From the IMG/VR virus record IMGVR_UViG_3300028888_000043, positions 73,756-137,755 of that record: DNA of 64,000 nt; one strand, given 5' to 3'. This DNA is from a virus (lineage: Duplodnaviria; Heunggongvirae; Uroviricota; Caudoviricetes). The notes beneath the pieces were generated by a model, which had not been told where the DNA came from, ran no database searches, and saw only the letters and a list, made by a program, of their open reading frames with translations. This document shows positions 50,301 through 59,936 of the stretch, piece after piece (the stretch's first letter is position 1; each line of letters begins with the position of its first letter). Made by a program: the position numbers and the translations under genes.

Positions 50301-52870
50301 TCTGGAAGGAAAGTATTTGGATTTGTAGGATCATAATTAGGTGACATCAAAAGATATTTATCACCACCCAGATTACTTGTATTAACAATAAGTGAGAAAT
50401 TTTTAATCCTATTTCTCATTGTTGATGTACCCTGTAACTTAACACGCCATCCACCACTATATGTAACACCACCATCAACAATATTAGGAACTGTCAATTG
50501 TTTGAATGGATTTATTGATCCATTCACCATACCTTCACACCACCAAAGATTGATGTCTTTATTAAAACTGTCATCACCATTAGGATAACCCTTGAACAAA
50601 TCTCTGACAAAATCATCAACATCAGTACCTGTATATTCCATCATCATTGTTGGAATAGGCATATATGGTGATACAGAATTCAAGAATGTTGAAGGAACTA
50701 TTACATTCTCACCATCAAACTTCATATCTGAAATATTATCAAATATAACTCTTTCAGATTCTGTCACCTCACCAACATGCATAATCTGCTTATATGCCAG
50801 CCAATATTGATAGATAAAACCATCAACAGTATACTTTGCAGATGGTGTACCAAGATCACCAAAGTTTATATACTGAACATTAATAAGGTTATAAATAACA
50901 TTTACATTGTTAAGTACAATCTTACCTATAAACAACTGGTTTGTAGATAAGTCAGGTTTGTTGGATTCAAGTTTACCATCTATATATAGATATGATGCAA
51001 ACAAAGGATGATTCTGATTATCATATCCTATTCTATATCTGACAATCTGTACCAAATGATATTGATCACTTGCAGACTTATCAAAATTATTTGTTGCAGG
51101 AATACATATTTTTTTACTTGTATCAGAGAACAGTTTGTCTGAATACAATGTGACATCAGGTACCTGTGAATAACTTCCAGCGCTACTTGAGAAGGTTTCA
51201 AGAATCTTTGCACCATCATTATTCACAACACTGTACTGCATACCAAAAGAGATGATTGTTGTATCACAATCAGGTTTTGGTTCACCCCAATTTTCATCAG
51301 AAAGTGTAACAGGTCTATCTGTTTCACTCATCTCAAATGGTGAGGTACCAGATGACAACCTTGGGAAATTATCTGAATATGATTTTGTTGCACCCAGATT
51401 CGCCTTGAAATAATAATTATCCATAGGTATATCTGAAGGATTCCAATCAAAGGTTGTTTCTGATTCCTTTACATAAATGTATTTTACAATAGGTTTTTCA
51501 TCAGAATGATCATATGTCTTTTGACCGACTGTTGAGAAAACAAGTTTCTTTATACCAGGTGTACCAAATGCAATTGAGATAGGTTTAGACATCTCAACCT
51601 GCTCAACAATACCTGTCCTTGATTCTTCAATAGAAAATTCTTCTTCAAACTCTATGACAGAAGGAAGTGTCTTTGGATTATCATCATCATCAATCATATC
51701 ATAAGACCTGAAAGTCAAAGGATAATATTTCTTGTCAGTCTTGATAGCACCTTCATATATCTTACAATAGAAAGATGTATATGTACCCACTGTGATGTTC
51801 TTATCAGGAACTCCATCAACACCTTGATCAATTCCTTCAAGTAAATCCTCCATACTGTCATACAACAAATCCTGAGGATTCCTGACATTGATATACAGGT
51901 ATCCAGGAATCAAAGTAAGTTTTGGAGACAATGTTCTTGTGTCGGGAGATGCAGGAGTACCATCAACACTATAATTCAATGTGACAGATACATTATATGC
52001 TCCAGTATTACTTTCATCAGTAAACTGTTTGCCATTCCTGTGAAGTTGATCAAGATAAATCTTGAAATGATTATTTGAAATATCTGTTGTTGAACCAAAC
52101 TGTTCAACACCATGACCATCAGTCGTGTCACCAATAGAATATGTCAATGACACATTAGTAACATTAGGTAAATCAATCTTGAAGGACAAATCAATAAATG
52201 GATTCCTATGTGATGTATCACCAATGAAATACTCATTTGATGAACTGAATTCACCTTCATGTATTGTACCACCACTGTTATACTCATACTTAAACTTCAT
52301 ATCATAAGTATGAGGATTGACTATGTATCTCTGACGAATTGAAGCAAGAGGTGCATACTCTGAATCATAAAACATAACCAGAATTTCACCATTGTTCTTC
52401 AACTCAACAGATGAAGAAAACCTACATCTGTTCTCCTCAATATTCAATCTCTTTGTAATGTCAGGATGATCAATCTTGTTACCATATCCAACAGTAACAT
52501 AGAAAGTCTCACCATTACTGTTACTTACATTACCTTCAATAGGATAAACACCAGGACTACTTAGGACAATGGTATTTCCACCATTCTGCAACTGGTGACC
52601 ACCAAGAGAAATAAACAAGGAAGCCTTTCCAGTGGATCCACCGCCTCCGCTGGATCCACCAGAACCTGTACCTCCTACTCCACCATAAGAATAAATGTAC
52701 TTGACATTACTCTTAAGTCTGTCTATTTCTTTCTTATGTTCATCCAAGGTGTCATCAACCTCTTCAAGTGCCACATCGACAGTCTTTCCAGGATGCTTGG
52801 TACCCTTGGTGATGATGACATCATCACCGGTTATGACTGGATATATTTTATCTCCCTTTTTAATTTTCAT
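44321..52870 (-). CDS. giant (2849 aa) virion-type protein with CotH-like kinase domain and LRR-like region
   Basis: KLQGTS..NRIKNF, WTLKADIADSAHANN, TLEGFP, GVYNFNMGRD, DSILKN, YDMDCAFGENNAG; LRR-like repeats follow. Confidence 0.75.
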   Translation of the reverse strand: MKIKKGDKIYPVITGDDVIITKGTKHPGKTVDVALEEVDDTLDEHKKEIDRLKSNVKYIYSYGGVGGTGSGGSSGGGGSTGKASLFISLGGHQLQNGGNTIVLSSPGVYPIEGNVSNSNGETFYVTVGYGNKIDHPDITKRLNIEENRCRFSSSVELKNNGEILVMFYDSEYAPLASIRQRYIVNPHTYDMKFKYEYNSGGTIHEGEFSSSNEYFIGDTSHRNPFIDLSFKIDLPNVTNVSLTYSIGDTTDGHGVEQFGSTTDISNNHFKIYLDQLHRNGKQFTDESNTGAYNVSVTLNYSVDGTPASPDTRTLSPKLTLIPGYLYINVRNPQDLLYDSMEDLLEGIDQGVDGVPDKNITVGTYTSFYCKIYEGAIKTDKKYYPLTFRSYDMIDDDDNPKTLPSVIEFEEEFSIEESRTGIVEQVEMSKPISIAFGTPGIKKLVFSTVGQKTYDHSDEKPIVKYIYVKESETTFDWNPSDIPMDNYYFKANLGATKSYSDNFPRLSSGTSPFEMSETDRPVTLSDENWGEPKPDCDTTIISFGMQYSVVNNDGAKILETFSSSAGSYSQVPDVTLYSDKLFSDTSKKICIPATNNFDKSASDQYHLVQIVRYRIGYDNQNHPLFASYLYIDGKLESNKPDLSTNQLFIGKIVLNNVNVIYNLINVQYINFGDLGTPSAKYTVDGFIYQYWLAYKQIMHVGEVTESERVIFDNISDMKFDGENVIVPSTFLNSVSPYMPIPTMMMEYTGTDVDDFVRDLFKGYPNGDDSFNKDINLWWCEGMVNGSINPFKQLTVPNIVDGGVTYSGGWRVKLQGTSTMRNRIKNFSLIVNTSNLGGDKYLLMSPNYDPTNPNTFLPERVWTLKADIADSAHANNTAVGMFVNHTCTRFSNSLTLPAEVKPFIKNTLEGFPVLMYLKVGTGDTEKVYYFGVYNFNMGRDSYYNLGYHTAADMTDMISHIQKSGDSNFSFSVGTGEVISTLAIGEVQENFAQFDFHQYDDTVLFQPDQGAGSDITRMFGKDKKITAGNIGAAKNTLKNFVRSVAKAGTYCFANIGKYTKPSKADNSDECVDRYSVEPVPGENHKFKEYVPDIAWQFHYEGNQRVWEEKSDITFDTMRGNIENLLQCISKTDLEGITHDDYEYLDFTSAAEYYTICMAFGLVDSILKNMNIKSWNGKKCYIAFYDMDCAFGENNAGGEDVSYLAATDFWHSNNSNGYVEPVDINYDYWDNSVGKGFDYPSSYLFAIAKYAQAILSELDADNGLILTNYPQQFWAKLRQPKNDENDELSGQLCNADYFMNKYFSSGIGKIPAYLTSLNYQVKYLYKGTIITDEGVESEVRYLANESSFNGTRIEKVKTWLNKRLHFLDVMFNVQNIGISIGGGYSIPRADSSLLNTLAQNNDIIILSDMFSTPNKKTALMSSNALGVDVYAPMNTPFIINRGSSNEIFLLCAGTDLPNTITVNVKQSEAYRFLGSKEFSNLSIVEPFLTDAYQIVSNNIEEIKYGGNAMPPISAEFNITSTSVKNIKFDIPTFTGRLVIDNTGLNGQAIHTLDVSKSGLQGSWSGLRNLQTLKIASVNNPTGTITVSDCPLVGDNCVISGTEEKPTTLNTLSLNGVSGKFKLQNTKIQTMSFDAALGKDASLEIRGDTLLSSLTVSGFKSIVVTGCPNLETLMITDIEKVCEKIIIDVPEYTNADGTPQKILRKFNSDRNGVFDFRTYDNLKVLGVSGCSGVEVIKMPNHKVSIDSFKSNLNLEFIDTTGQNSIIEITQDSTFWKSPKYGMMQSWASTTSTNGVDIRTLSGNSYTYDKLKRTKMCVSADCTSLAGTFNKTDSSIRSSYISEPYTNEWGQKVNNGLMRMNEAAYFINNCVGGVDGLDDAYIGDDYIITDRSQVSYVIDPNEGQLPKDRRANIESLNGCFNRQTGIFYDGGSFTLPDMSTFTALDDISMMYYGTGVKYMSASLLNLPDSRNNNDADNVLAWNEFIGSGELTISKDAFRHISYRITDFSIMILTVKDSDPAHYNDILCSDDTEPDERLNVVDILFPKKVGDGDTSTYTGYDENDEYIPFTRIESFNNFSINPVQWVDYTHMFEVCPNLKVLNSFLNSDLSRAKIDKMLKPCTKLASIVDSFNHTGSMDSLNYVIDLFEFFNWENESLFGMNALFTTSSNLMPGFSVKKRITQANFERIMNVLHNYRNIERLSNIFSYCTIEDYQAGYEIKLGGMMANITNIDSLFYQCWAGDIEIPLKIRRSFFENLPNVVSMSNTFANVYFDHMLTYDFFCKRVKLRDEDVYVGDIHTRATLKRYGYNNSTLINNMYNCFGGAKFEKCKCWFDINDDNQDLIPERDQVVDSNNNTYDTYYKYEGGRYVEYHITEPTEYTDTFNNFTNYVSSIRVVASDTIINNHNLFDDLSMYQNTTGGNFPYVTNDFNVYPTYCCLPPDILYACRNDCELTRVFSDTNIVGVIPQHLLKNCYNSKLNNMFMNVNIMPNLIYHYNKDTANNADYLTMIQNIPIDNETITIPSSADDVTVYTLNGSSDNDAVVLFRNANGELRRRYPITDNEYSKSQFVYVPQGYTVNSNLQEAFTFRYNLPDQINMYRNELSEKGIDWPSGEYFDKNFSPDARPDLWPYYTQYFFTVDESIVWRNVNNMSSPFITDTQDIDFKTKNSRVFSTNDRNYAYKWWNEYENVGRTLWDQKMDGMFNVMLDLCGKRDVRTGKLTDCGCMISIPVNNYNYPNVDNFINGSLVVLLNGRVFDIGIDGGRFTQTNGSTIINYNLGFGRNIILPQLQYIPAGNISDAPKVLISHGSEISWFYRYMFNDGDTITLGNYQQIYNITNQNLEPNSDYRYRIINPNQG

Positions 52871-52878
52871 AATACTAA

Positions 52879-55800
52879 TTAGAATTTAATGTGTAAATAT
52901 CTGTTGTCTGAAACATTGGTAGGATCATCTTCATAGTCCTCCATCCTTTCCATAGCCTTTGCTTCTGTAAGCCACTTACCATACATCCTTTCCCTCAATA
53001 TGTTCCAAACAAAAGTACCATCTGTTTGTTTGACATATTTGTACATCTTGTTCTCATCTGTTGCAAAGTATGTATCACCATCCTTTGTACCTGTCCTGTT
53101 CGCAATAGGTCCTGATGCAGTACAATCTTCCTTCTCATATGTACAAAGCATCTGCCTTGCTGGTTTATTTTTACCAAAATCTGACTGTGTGAATGCATCC
53201 TTACCATTGGCCTTGAATATATTAGTAATACGGTTCATACTTACAAAGACCTCTGAACAATCATTATTGAATTCAAGGATACTGTACATTGGATACAACT
53301 GTTCACCACTTGGCTTATCCTCAGCCAGACCTGTAACCTTATTTGTACCATGTGAAGTCAAAGGTATAATCTTTGAGAACACCTGGATCATTGAAGGAAG
53401 TTCCTTGTTAGACTTCAACTTATAACCAGTTGCCTGACACATTGAATAAGTTACAAATCCATCATAGTTTTCATTATCTGTAACTGTCAAAGGTGTGCAG
53501 CATCTGAATGAACCAGAATTAGAACTTTCATAAGCATCCTTACCATACTCATTATAAAGATGTGCAGGAATATAAGGAGTCTTTGTACTGTTGAGTTTTG
53601 TATCAGCACCAACAGCAGTTGTATCTGTTACAATATTATACTCATTCCTGTTCTCTGTTGTAAGGTCAATATCCCAAGATACATTGTAGTCACCACCATT
53701 GGCCTCATCAGCAAGTGTTGCAAACATAGGTTTAATCTGCTCACTACTATCCTTGGTGACACCATTGTATGTCCAACTATATTTCTCCTTGATAGGATAT
53801 GAAAGAGCATATGTATGTTTATGTCCACCAATCACAAGTTTGCAGTTAAAGAACTCAAGAAGTCTTGAACACCAATAGATACCCTTCTTCTCATCAATAT
53901 TCAACTGATTGACATTGGAACCAAGACGACCTGCTCCGGTAGGATGATTTCTTGTACAAGGTATCTGCTTGTTAGAATTGTTCTTCAAAGATGCCTTTGT
54001 GATAACTGTGAATGGCATCTCATGCATAGCAACTATAACCTTCTTACTATTGGCATCATTTTTATTTTCATTCAACCAGGCATACATTGATTCATACAAT
54101 GGAGTGAAATAACCATTATCACCAGCATAGTTTCCATTACCATCAACTTCAATACCTGTGTAAATATTTACATATTTGTTTCCAGTCGAGCAAAGTCCGA
54201 ACCACTTCTGTACATTTGAAATAGGAATTTCAGAATTGACAATAATATAAAGAACCTTGGCAGTCTTGAAATAATAGAATGAAGGAATATATCTATCTTC
54301 CTTAATATTGATATTGACTACACTTTCACCAGAACCAACTGTGCCTGTATGCTTCCTTACAACAAGTGATTCACCAGAGAAGAACTTTTTCTTATCTTCA
54401 CTTACTGCTGCAAACTTCGCAGTATCCTTCACATCAAAGCAATAGAAGTAATGGAAGAATTGTGAACTTGACTTATCACTATCATTACCTGTACCCAACT
54501 CATTTGGATTAATTGGGCAAAGGTCATTATTACCAACACAGTTCATCTGCTCAAGATGATTGAACAGACTCACACCTCCATTATAGTAATCCAACCATTC
54601 ATTAATACGGGCACCAGATTGTGTCATATCACCTGTGTTAAGAAGGATAGGGAATACTTTTGTTTTACCAACCATACCATTTATTGCATCACATTCTCCA
54701 GTAATCTTTGTATTAAGGAACTCGGCAGCAGCAGCCCATACCTGATATTCAATCCAGTGGAATCCCTGCTGGTCAGTTATCTGATAGACACGACCTTCAT
54801 ATGTCCTTGGATAGATGGTGAAGTTATAAATTGAATTGGTATGTTCCATATCCGGATTACCATCCTTGTCAGGTCTACCTACCACATACTCATACTTAAC
54901 TGGTGTGCTTGATGCATCCGGGAGTATAACAACACACTTGTGTGAAGTGAATAGTACATTGTTACCAGGGAATCTGTTAATTATCCTTGCATAGACAGCA
55001 TTGTTTACAAGTGGTGAATATTCCTTTCTTGTTGCTTTACTTACTGTTGTGGTGGTGAATGTATCAGCTTCCGGATTTTCAGCAGGAACGGTAACCTTTA
55101 CATATGACTGGAACTTTGTCCAGGTAGTATCACCTTCTTTCCTAATCCACACATACTCATCAAATGCACCACAAGAAATCCAATTGAAGCATCTTGTATT
55201 ATAGACATCTGTACCAAATGAACAGGTAACCATATTAGGTTTCTCCCTGTCAAGTTGTGACTTATCAGTCATAACATTCTTGTTCTCATAAGATGCCCTT
55301 GGAGTATACCTGTCTATATTAATAGTCTCATTACTGTTAGGATAACCTATGAATTCCTTGTCAAGTTTAAGGACCTGAATATCAGTTGCCTTATTATATC
55401 TTATACGTGAACTGTCCTTCGTATTGAAACCATTGAATGCCTGCTTTGCAGGATCCAATGCAAACATCAATCTGAACATTGAATTGGCAGTGATAGTAAT
55501 ACCTATACCTGTTGAATCACCATTGGCATACCAAGGATTATCCTTTGTTCCAGTTTGTGCTGAAACTGATGCAAATGTTGAGTAAGAACAAGAATCAATG
55601 AATCTTGGATTCACAATGATATTAGGATATGTCGGTGCATCATATGATGCTGTGCCTATTGTTGCACCTTCCATATTTGTATTCCTTTCCACAAGTTTCT
55701 CACTTGCACTCAAATTAGGAAGACCATAGGTCAAACAGAATCTATATGCATTCTTGATTTCACTGTCATCTGCAACAACCTCTGTTGTTGTACCTTCTGA

Positions 55801-57960
55801 ATCAGTAACTTTTGTGGTCTTGACTGGTTTCTGTTCAAATGAAACAGGAACACCATTATCATACCACTCCTTATCAAATGTCTTTACCTTGATGAATGCT
55901 GACTCATCATCAAACTCTGCATGCTTTGCACCCCTGATAAGATAAGTACTTCCAGCCTTACATACACCATCAAGAGCAAGATGGTGTACCACATTGGTTG
56001 TAAGATTACCTTCATTGTCATATTCATTCTCTGAAGGGTTAAAGAAATGGAGATAAATACCTGTCAATGGAATATCCACATTAGATGTGTTCTCCAACTC
56101 AATAAATGAGTGTGTACAACCATGCGCCACATCAGTTGTTATAGGTGCATAGAAGGAAGAAATCCTCAATCTGTCTGATCTCTTTCCCGCATCACCAGTA
56201 GAATTAACACCTGCTGTCAAATCAGTGATGTCTGCTTTCCTGAATAGATAATCTGAAATGAATCCTCTGACTGCCTTATAATCTGTTGCATCATAATTAC
56301 CAGCCCTGGATCCAAGACTATCCATAAACTCCTTAATGGTAGTAGCAGAATTGTCCTTTCCAACAAGGTTACCTTCTGTGTCCACAACAAATGTGAACTT
56401 CTTTCCAGTTTCATTGTTAATGAAAGTGACATCTGATATAGGTGCAAGTGACATATCGGATACTGACAAAATCTCATCAGTCTCCTCTCCTGTTCCGTCT
56501 TTCTTGTACTCGACGTTAACGACAATACCCATCTTTTCAAGGGCTGCCAAAATTTCTCTATCTGTCATATTATTATCTTTATTATTTTCATCATCTGGAA
56601 TAATTGAATTAGATCCAATTCTATGTATCTTACCATCAGACTTGATGTGCAGTGTTCCTGATTTCTTGTTCCAAATCAACTCATTGTCTCTCAATTGATT
56701 TGCAACAGCATTCAGCATCTCCATATTCTCAACTGACCTGATGGCAATATGAGCAACCTCATATTTGTAATCATCCTCACTTGGTGCAGAAGGAATGACC
56801 TCCTCACTGAAATCCTCAAACTTGGTATAGAACTTCATCCTTGAAAGGGTGAGTCTGTCAAATTCAATGGATTGGATGGCATATCTATCATCAACCTCTA
56901 CCTTGGTATCAGACAGTGTTCCATTACTTGTAAGGTAACCTTCACATAATTTCCTGTCATTGTTATAATTTATAATTGAGAAATAAATATAGTTACTACC
57001 TTTCAATGTAACCTTGTCTTTCCTGCTTATAACAATACAGAAACCATATTTACCCACACTGTTTCCTTCAAGGATTGGTGCAAGTTCAATCTCTCTTGTC
57101 CTTGTTTTATCTGTCAAAGATACAAGTGTAAGTTTTACATCAGGCTTATCAGTTACAAGATAGGTGATAAGTTTAGAATCTTCAAGTGCATACAAGGTGA
57201 GGTCTTCACCATGTTCATCACCATCAGAGAACACACCCTTACACTCATCAAAAGTGAGCTGACCTTCAACACTTACATCTATTGTTCCCGCACCAATCTT
57301 GGTGAATGTATGGTTGACATCCAACATTGTATTGAATGTAACACTGTCAGGAACCAAAGATAGACCAAGTGTATCAATTGCCCATAAAGGCTCATCAGAA
57401 TCAACATCACCCATCTCATAAAGAATGGTAGATTTTGCTGTTCTTGTGTTCTTGTAAGAATCAATACCATATTCAAATGAGTTCTTCAACCTTGCAACCT
57501 CAGCCTGGAGTGCCTTGATGGATTTCACCATATCTTGAATCAATCCAAAATAAACATCTCCTTGCGCTTCCAAAGTATTGAGAGGATCATACTCCACAAG
57601 GATATGCGGAGTCTCCGATTCATCAAAATCAATATCTGAATCTGCTGATGCTTCTTCTACCATTTCAGGAGTCATCACAGGAAGTGAATACTTTGAAAGT
57701 CCACTACCTGAACCAGTACCTGTTCCAGTAACAAGTTCCCAGTTACTACGAATATGAGACTCTGCAATACCAGAAGTCTTCAATATCCAAAGTTCAGATG
57801 TGCCGGCAATATTCACAACCATACCCTGATATGGTGCTTCAATAGAACCATTTGTCAGGTCATCATAACTATCAACAACCAATCTATTATCCAGAGGTTT
57901 GGTGGTCTGGACATTAAAATTACTTGTGAAGTCTATTGAACCGTTAAATGTTTTAGACAT
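52879..57960 (-). CDS. large (1693 aa) protein with lamin-tail-like domain and purple-acid-phosphatase/calcineurin-like metallophosphoesterase domain
   Basis: FIELENTSNVDIPLTGIYL (LTD-like); TRCFNWIS (PAP FN3-like); ITDQQG, NTGDMTQ, VGNNDL, MHEMPF, GGHKHTY. Confidence 0.8.
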   Translation of the reverse strand: MSKTFNGSIDFTSNFNVQTTKPLDNRLVVDSYDDLTNGSIEAPYQGMVVNIAGTSELWILKTSGIAESHIRSNWELVTGTGTGSGSGLSKYSLPVMTPEMVEEASADSDIDFDESETPHILVEYDPLNTLEAQGDVYFGLIQDMVKSIKALQAEVARLKNSFEYGIDSYKNTRTAKSTILYEMGDVDSDEPLWAIDTLGLSLVPDSVTFNTMLDVNHTFTKIGAGTIDVSVEGQLTFDECKGVFSDGDEHGEDLTLYALEDSKLITYLVTDKPDVKLTLVSLTDKTRTREIELAPILEGNSVGKYGFCIVISRKDKVTLKGSNYIYFSIINYNNDRKLCEGYLTSNGTLSDTKVEVDDRYAIQSIEFDRLTLSRMKFYTKFEDFSEEVIPSAPSEDDYKYEVAHIAIRSVENMEMLNAVANQLRDNELIWNKKSGTLHIKSDGKIHRIGSNSIIPDDENNKDNNMTDREILAALEKMGIVVNVEYKKDGTGEETDEILSVSDMSLAPISDVTFINNETGKKFTFVVDTEGNLVGKDNSATTIKEFMDSLGSRAGNYDATDYKAVRGFISDYLFRKADITDLTAGVNSTGDAGKRSDRLRISSFYAPITTDVAHGCTHSFIELENTSNVDIPLTGIYLHFFNPSENEYDNEGNLTTNVVHHLALDGVCKAGSTYLIRGAKHAEFDDESAFIKVKTFDKEWYDNGVPVSFEQKPVKTTKVTDSEGTTTEVVADDSEIKNAYRFCLTYGLPNLSASEKLVERNTNMEGATIGTASYDAPTYPNIIVNPRFIDSCSYSTFASVSAQTGTKDNPWYANGDSTGIGITITANSMFRLMFALDPAKQAFNGFNTKDSSRIRYNKATDIQVLKLDKEFIGYPNSNETINIDRYTPRASYENKNVMTDKSQLDREKPNMVTCSFGTDVYNTRCFNWISCGAFDEYVWIRKEGDTTWTKFQSYVKVTVPAENPEADTFTTTTVSKATRKEYSPLVNNAVYARIINRFPGNNVLFTSHKCVVILPDASSTPVKYEYVVGRPDKDGNPDMEHTNSIYNFTIYPRTYEGRVYQITDQQGFHWIEYQVWAAAAEFLNTKITGECDAINGMVGKTKVFPILLNTGDMTQSGARINEWLDYYNGGVSLFNHLEQMNCVGNNDLCPINPNELGTGNDSDKSSSQFFHYFYCFDVKDTAKFAAVSEDKKKFFSGESLVVRKHTGTVGSGESVVNINIKEDRYIPSFYYFKTAKVLYIIVNSEIPISNVQKWFGLCSTGNKYVNIYTGIEVDGNGNYAGDNGYFTPLYESMYAWLNENKNDANSKKVIVAMHEMPFTVITKASLKNNSNKQIPCTRNHPTGAGRLGSNVNQLNIDEKKGIYWCSRLLEFFNCKLVIGGHKHTYALSYPIKEKYSWTYNGVTKDSSEQIKPMFATLADEANGGDYNVSWDIDLTTENRNEYNIVTDTTAVGADTKLNSTKTPYIPAHLYNEYGKDAYESSNSGSFRCCTPLTVTDNENYDGFVTYSMCQATGYKLKSNKELPSMIQVFSKIIPLTSHGTNKVTGLAEDKPSGEQLYPMYSILEFNNDCSEVFVSMNRITNIFKANGKDAFTQSDFGKNKPARQMLCTYEKEDCTASGPIANRTGTKDGDTYFATDENKMYKYVKQTDGTFVWNILRERMYGKWLTEAKAMERMEDYEDDPTNVSDNRYLHIKF

Positions 57961-57963
57961 ATA

Positions 57964-58929
57964 TTATTTCTTCAAATTAATTTGATATGTAGTACTTAAA
58001 GTGTTTGTATAAGAATTATCTTCCCTCTCATACATAGGTGTATCACCAGGAACAAATACCATAGGAACTGGAATGTCAAATGCCTGTGTCAATGGATTAT
58101 ACTGCATCACAGTGAATGTGGTGAACTGTTCAGGAACCAGGACCTTGAACTTGACTGGTTCTGGAGTTTCAACCTCGGCAGGGATTGTGACTGTAAATGT
58201 CTTTCCTGCAAAATAATCAACAAGATGTTTCACCATATCAGTGATGACATCACCATCATTGATGTAGATAGGATTGACTGCCTTTATGGTAATACTTGTA
58301 GATGTCTTTGTTCCACCATGATATTGCTTACCAGGGTAGGATGTACCAAAGTTATCCTTTGGAATACCTCCTTCTGTGAAGGTCACGCTACCAGAAATGA
58401 TGTAAGCACCCTCTTCTGCCGGTTCACCCCAGTCACTTGGATTGATAGACAGTTCAGCAGGGTTATGCCCGCCGGCATATGGTGTTCCATCTGACCATAC
58501 ACCATCCTTGATAGTTACAGATATATTATTTTCATTGGGAAGATTTGTTCCAACCTCAATGAGTTTGGATCCAGAATAAGAAATAGAAATACTGGCTTGT
58601 GTGGAGACAGTAGGTTCAACCGCATCAGGTCTCACCATTTCAAGGATAATCTGACTGATACTCTTCTGATTGAGAGCACCAATGGTGGATGCTTCAAGTC
58701 CTCCAACCTTTCTGGTCGGACTATTCAAATTCGCATCGCCGACATTCAACCTGTCAGTAATCATTTCTTCACCGATGTACAATCTCTCATCAGTAGTTCC
58801 ATTGTCATTCTCATCCTGTGTGTGGATGAATGAATAAGGGAACTCTTCTGGATATGCTGCCTGTACATCACCATTCTCCAACTTGGCAGTAGTTGTCTTT
58901 ATAAATTCAATTTTATTGTTAGTGTCCAT
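57964..58929 (-). CDS. putative structural protein
   Basis: Start moved to ATG 58929 (MDTNNK) after CATAAATA 58934-58941; VGGLEASTI..L.QKSISQIILEMV motif seen in fibre-associated proteins. Confidence 0.7.
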   Translation of the reverse strand: MDTNNKIEFIKTTTAKLENGDVQAAYPEEFPYSFIHTQDENDNGTTDERLYIGEEMITDRLNVGDANLNSPTRKVGGLEASTIGALNQKSISQIILEMVRPDAVEPTVSTQASISISYSGSKLIEVGTNLPNENNISVTIKDGVWSDGTPYAGGHNPAELSINPSDWGEPAEEGAYIISGSVTFTEGGIPKDNFGTSYPGKQYHGGTKTSTSITIKAVNPIYINDGDVITDMVKHLVDYFAGKTFTVTIPAEVETPEPVKFKVLVPEQFTTFTVMQYNPLTQAFDIPVPMVFVPGDTPMYEREDNSYTNTLSTTYQINLKK

Positions 58930-58947
58930 AATATATTTATGAAAAAA

Positions 58948-58980
58948 CAGGGAGAAATAATTGTCCATTATTTCTCCCTG
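58948..58980 (-). terminator. rho-independent terminator
   Basis: Perfect 14-bp stem cagggagaaataat/attatttctccctg. Confidence 0.8.
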
Positions 58981-59006
58981 ACCACATCATTTATATACTA
59001 TGTACA

Positions 59007-59936
59007 CTATATCAATCCATTCTCAATTAAATACTTTTCAAAGTCTTTTATGAATTCCTTTCCAAACCTCTTGGATGAATAAACAGCAACATAAAGAGGT
59101 ACTTCCAAATTCTTAATCTCCCTACTGTAATCCTTTACAGAATAACATTCTTTCTCATTCAGGAACTGTAACAGGTATGACTCACTGAAATGGGTACACA
59201 GGTTACTCCTTTCATCATCACTACTCAAAAGTTGTTCAGAGGTGATGTTTCGCACGGCCAGTTTATCATCAAGAGATCTCTCTATGTTCTTGAGATTGTA
59301 CCATCCAAAACTTCCAGGAGAATGTTTGAGCAAATCATCAGATATATAACCAACCAATTCTGGAACAGTCTTTTGAAGTTTATCCTGATATGTCTTGTAA
59401 TACCCGATATTCTTTTCATCACCCTTGCATTTCAAGATAGTCCAGAAATAAACACTGTTATCTTTAAGGTTCTTCTCAACACTATCCATATCCAGGGAAT
59501 ACCTGTACATCATATATGACCAGAACATCTCACTCAAACTGGCAACCCTCATAGGAAAGGATTCCCTTTTTGAAATGAAATAGGTGTTATATCCCTTGAA
59601 GTGTGTGTAGAACACATCCACATTCTCACCAATCCTGTCAAAGACATATGGTCTGAATGTCACATACTCCCCCAAATTCTTGTCATTCTGACAGAACCAG
59701 TATTCAACATTCTTGTTTACAATAACCTTGTCAATCTCATTCCGCAAGAAATTGAAAAGTCTTGTGTCATCCATATCATCCATAGCAATGTTGACCAGAA
59801 TCCTGTCAAACTTCTTCTGCTGGTCCTGGAACATCTTCAACATATCTATATGGAACTTCTCCACTTCATTCAGTTCAAGGGTGTCTCTCTTCTTCCCCCA
59901 AACATGCATAACCCATTCAGTTCTATTTTGATTCAT
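59007..59936 (-). CDS. hypothetical protein, possibly glycosyltransferase-related
   Basis: FYTHFKG and W.YMMY motifs; coupled to upstream GT2. Confidence 0.5.
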   Translation of the reverse strand: MNQNRTEWVMHVWGKKRDTLELNEVEKFHIDMLKMFQDQQKKFDRILVNIAMDDMDDTRLFNFLRNEIDKVIVNKNVEYWFCQNDKNLGEYVTFRPYVFDRIGENVDVFYTHFKGYNTYFISKRESFPMRVASLSEMFWSYMMYRYSLDMDSVEKNLKDNSVYFWTILKCKGDEKNIGYYKTYQDKLQKTVPELVGYISDDLLKHSPGSFGWYNLKNIERSLDDKLAVRNITSEQLLSSDDERSNLCTHFSESYLLQFLNEKECYSVKDYSREIKNLEVPLYVAVYSSKRFGKEFIKDFEKYLIENGLI

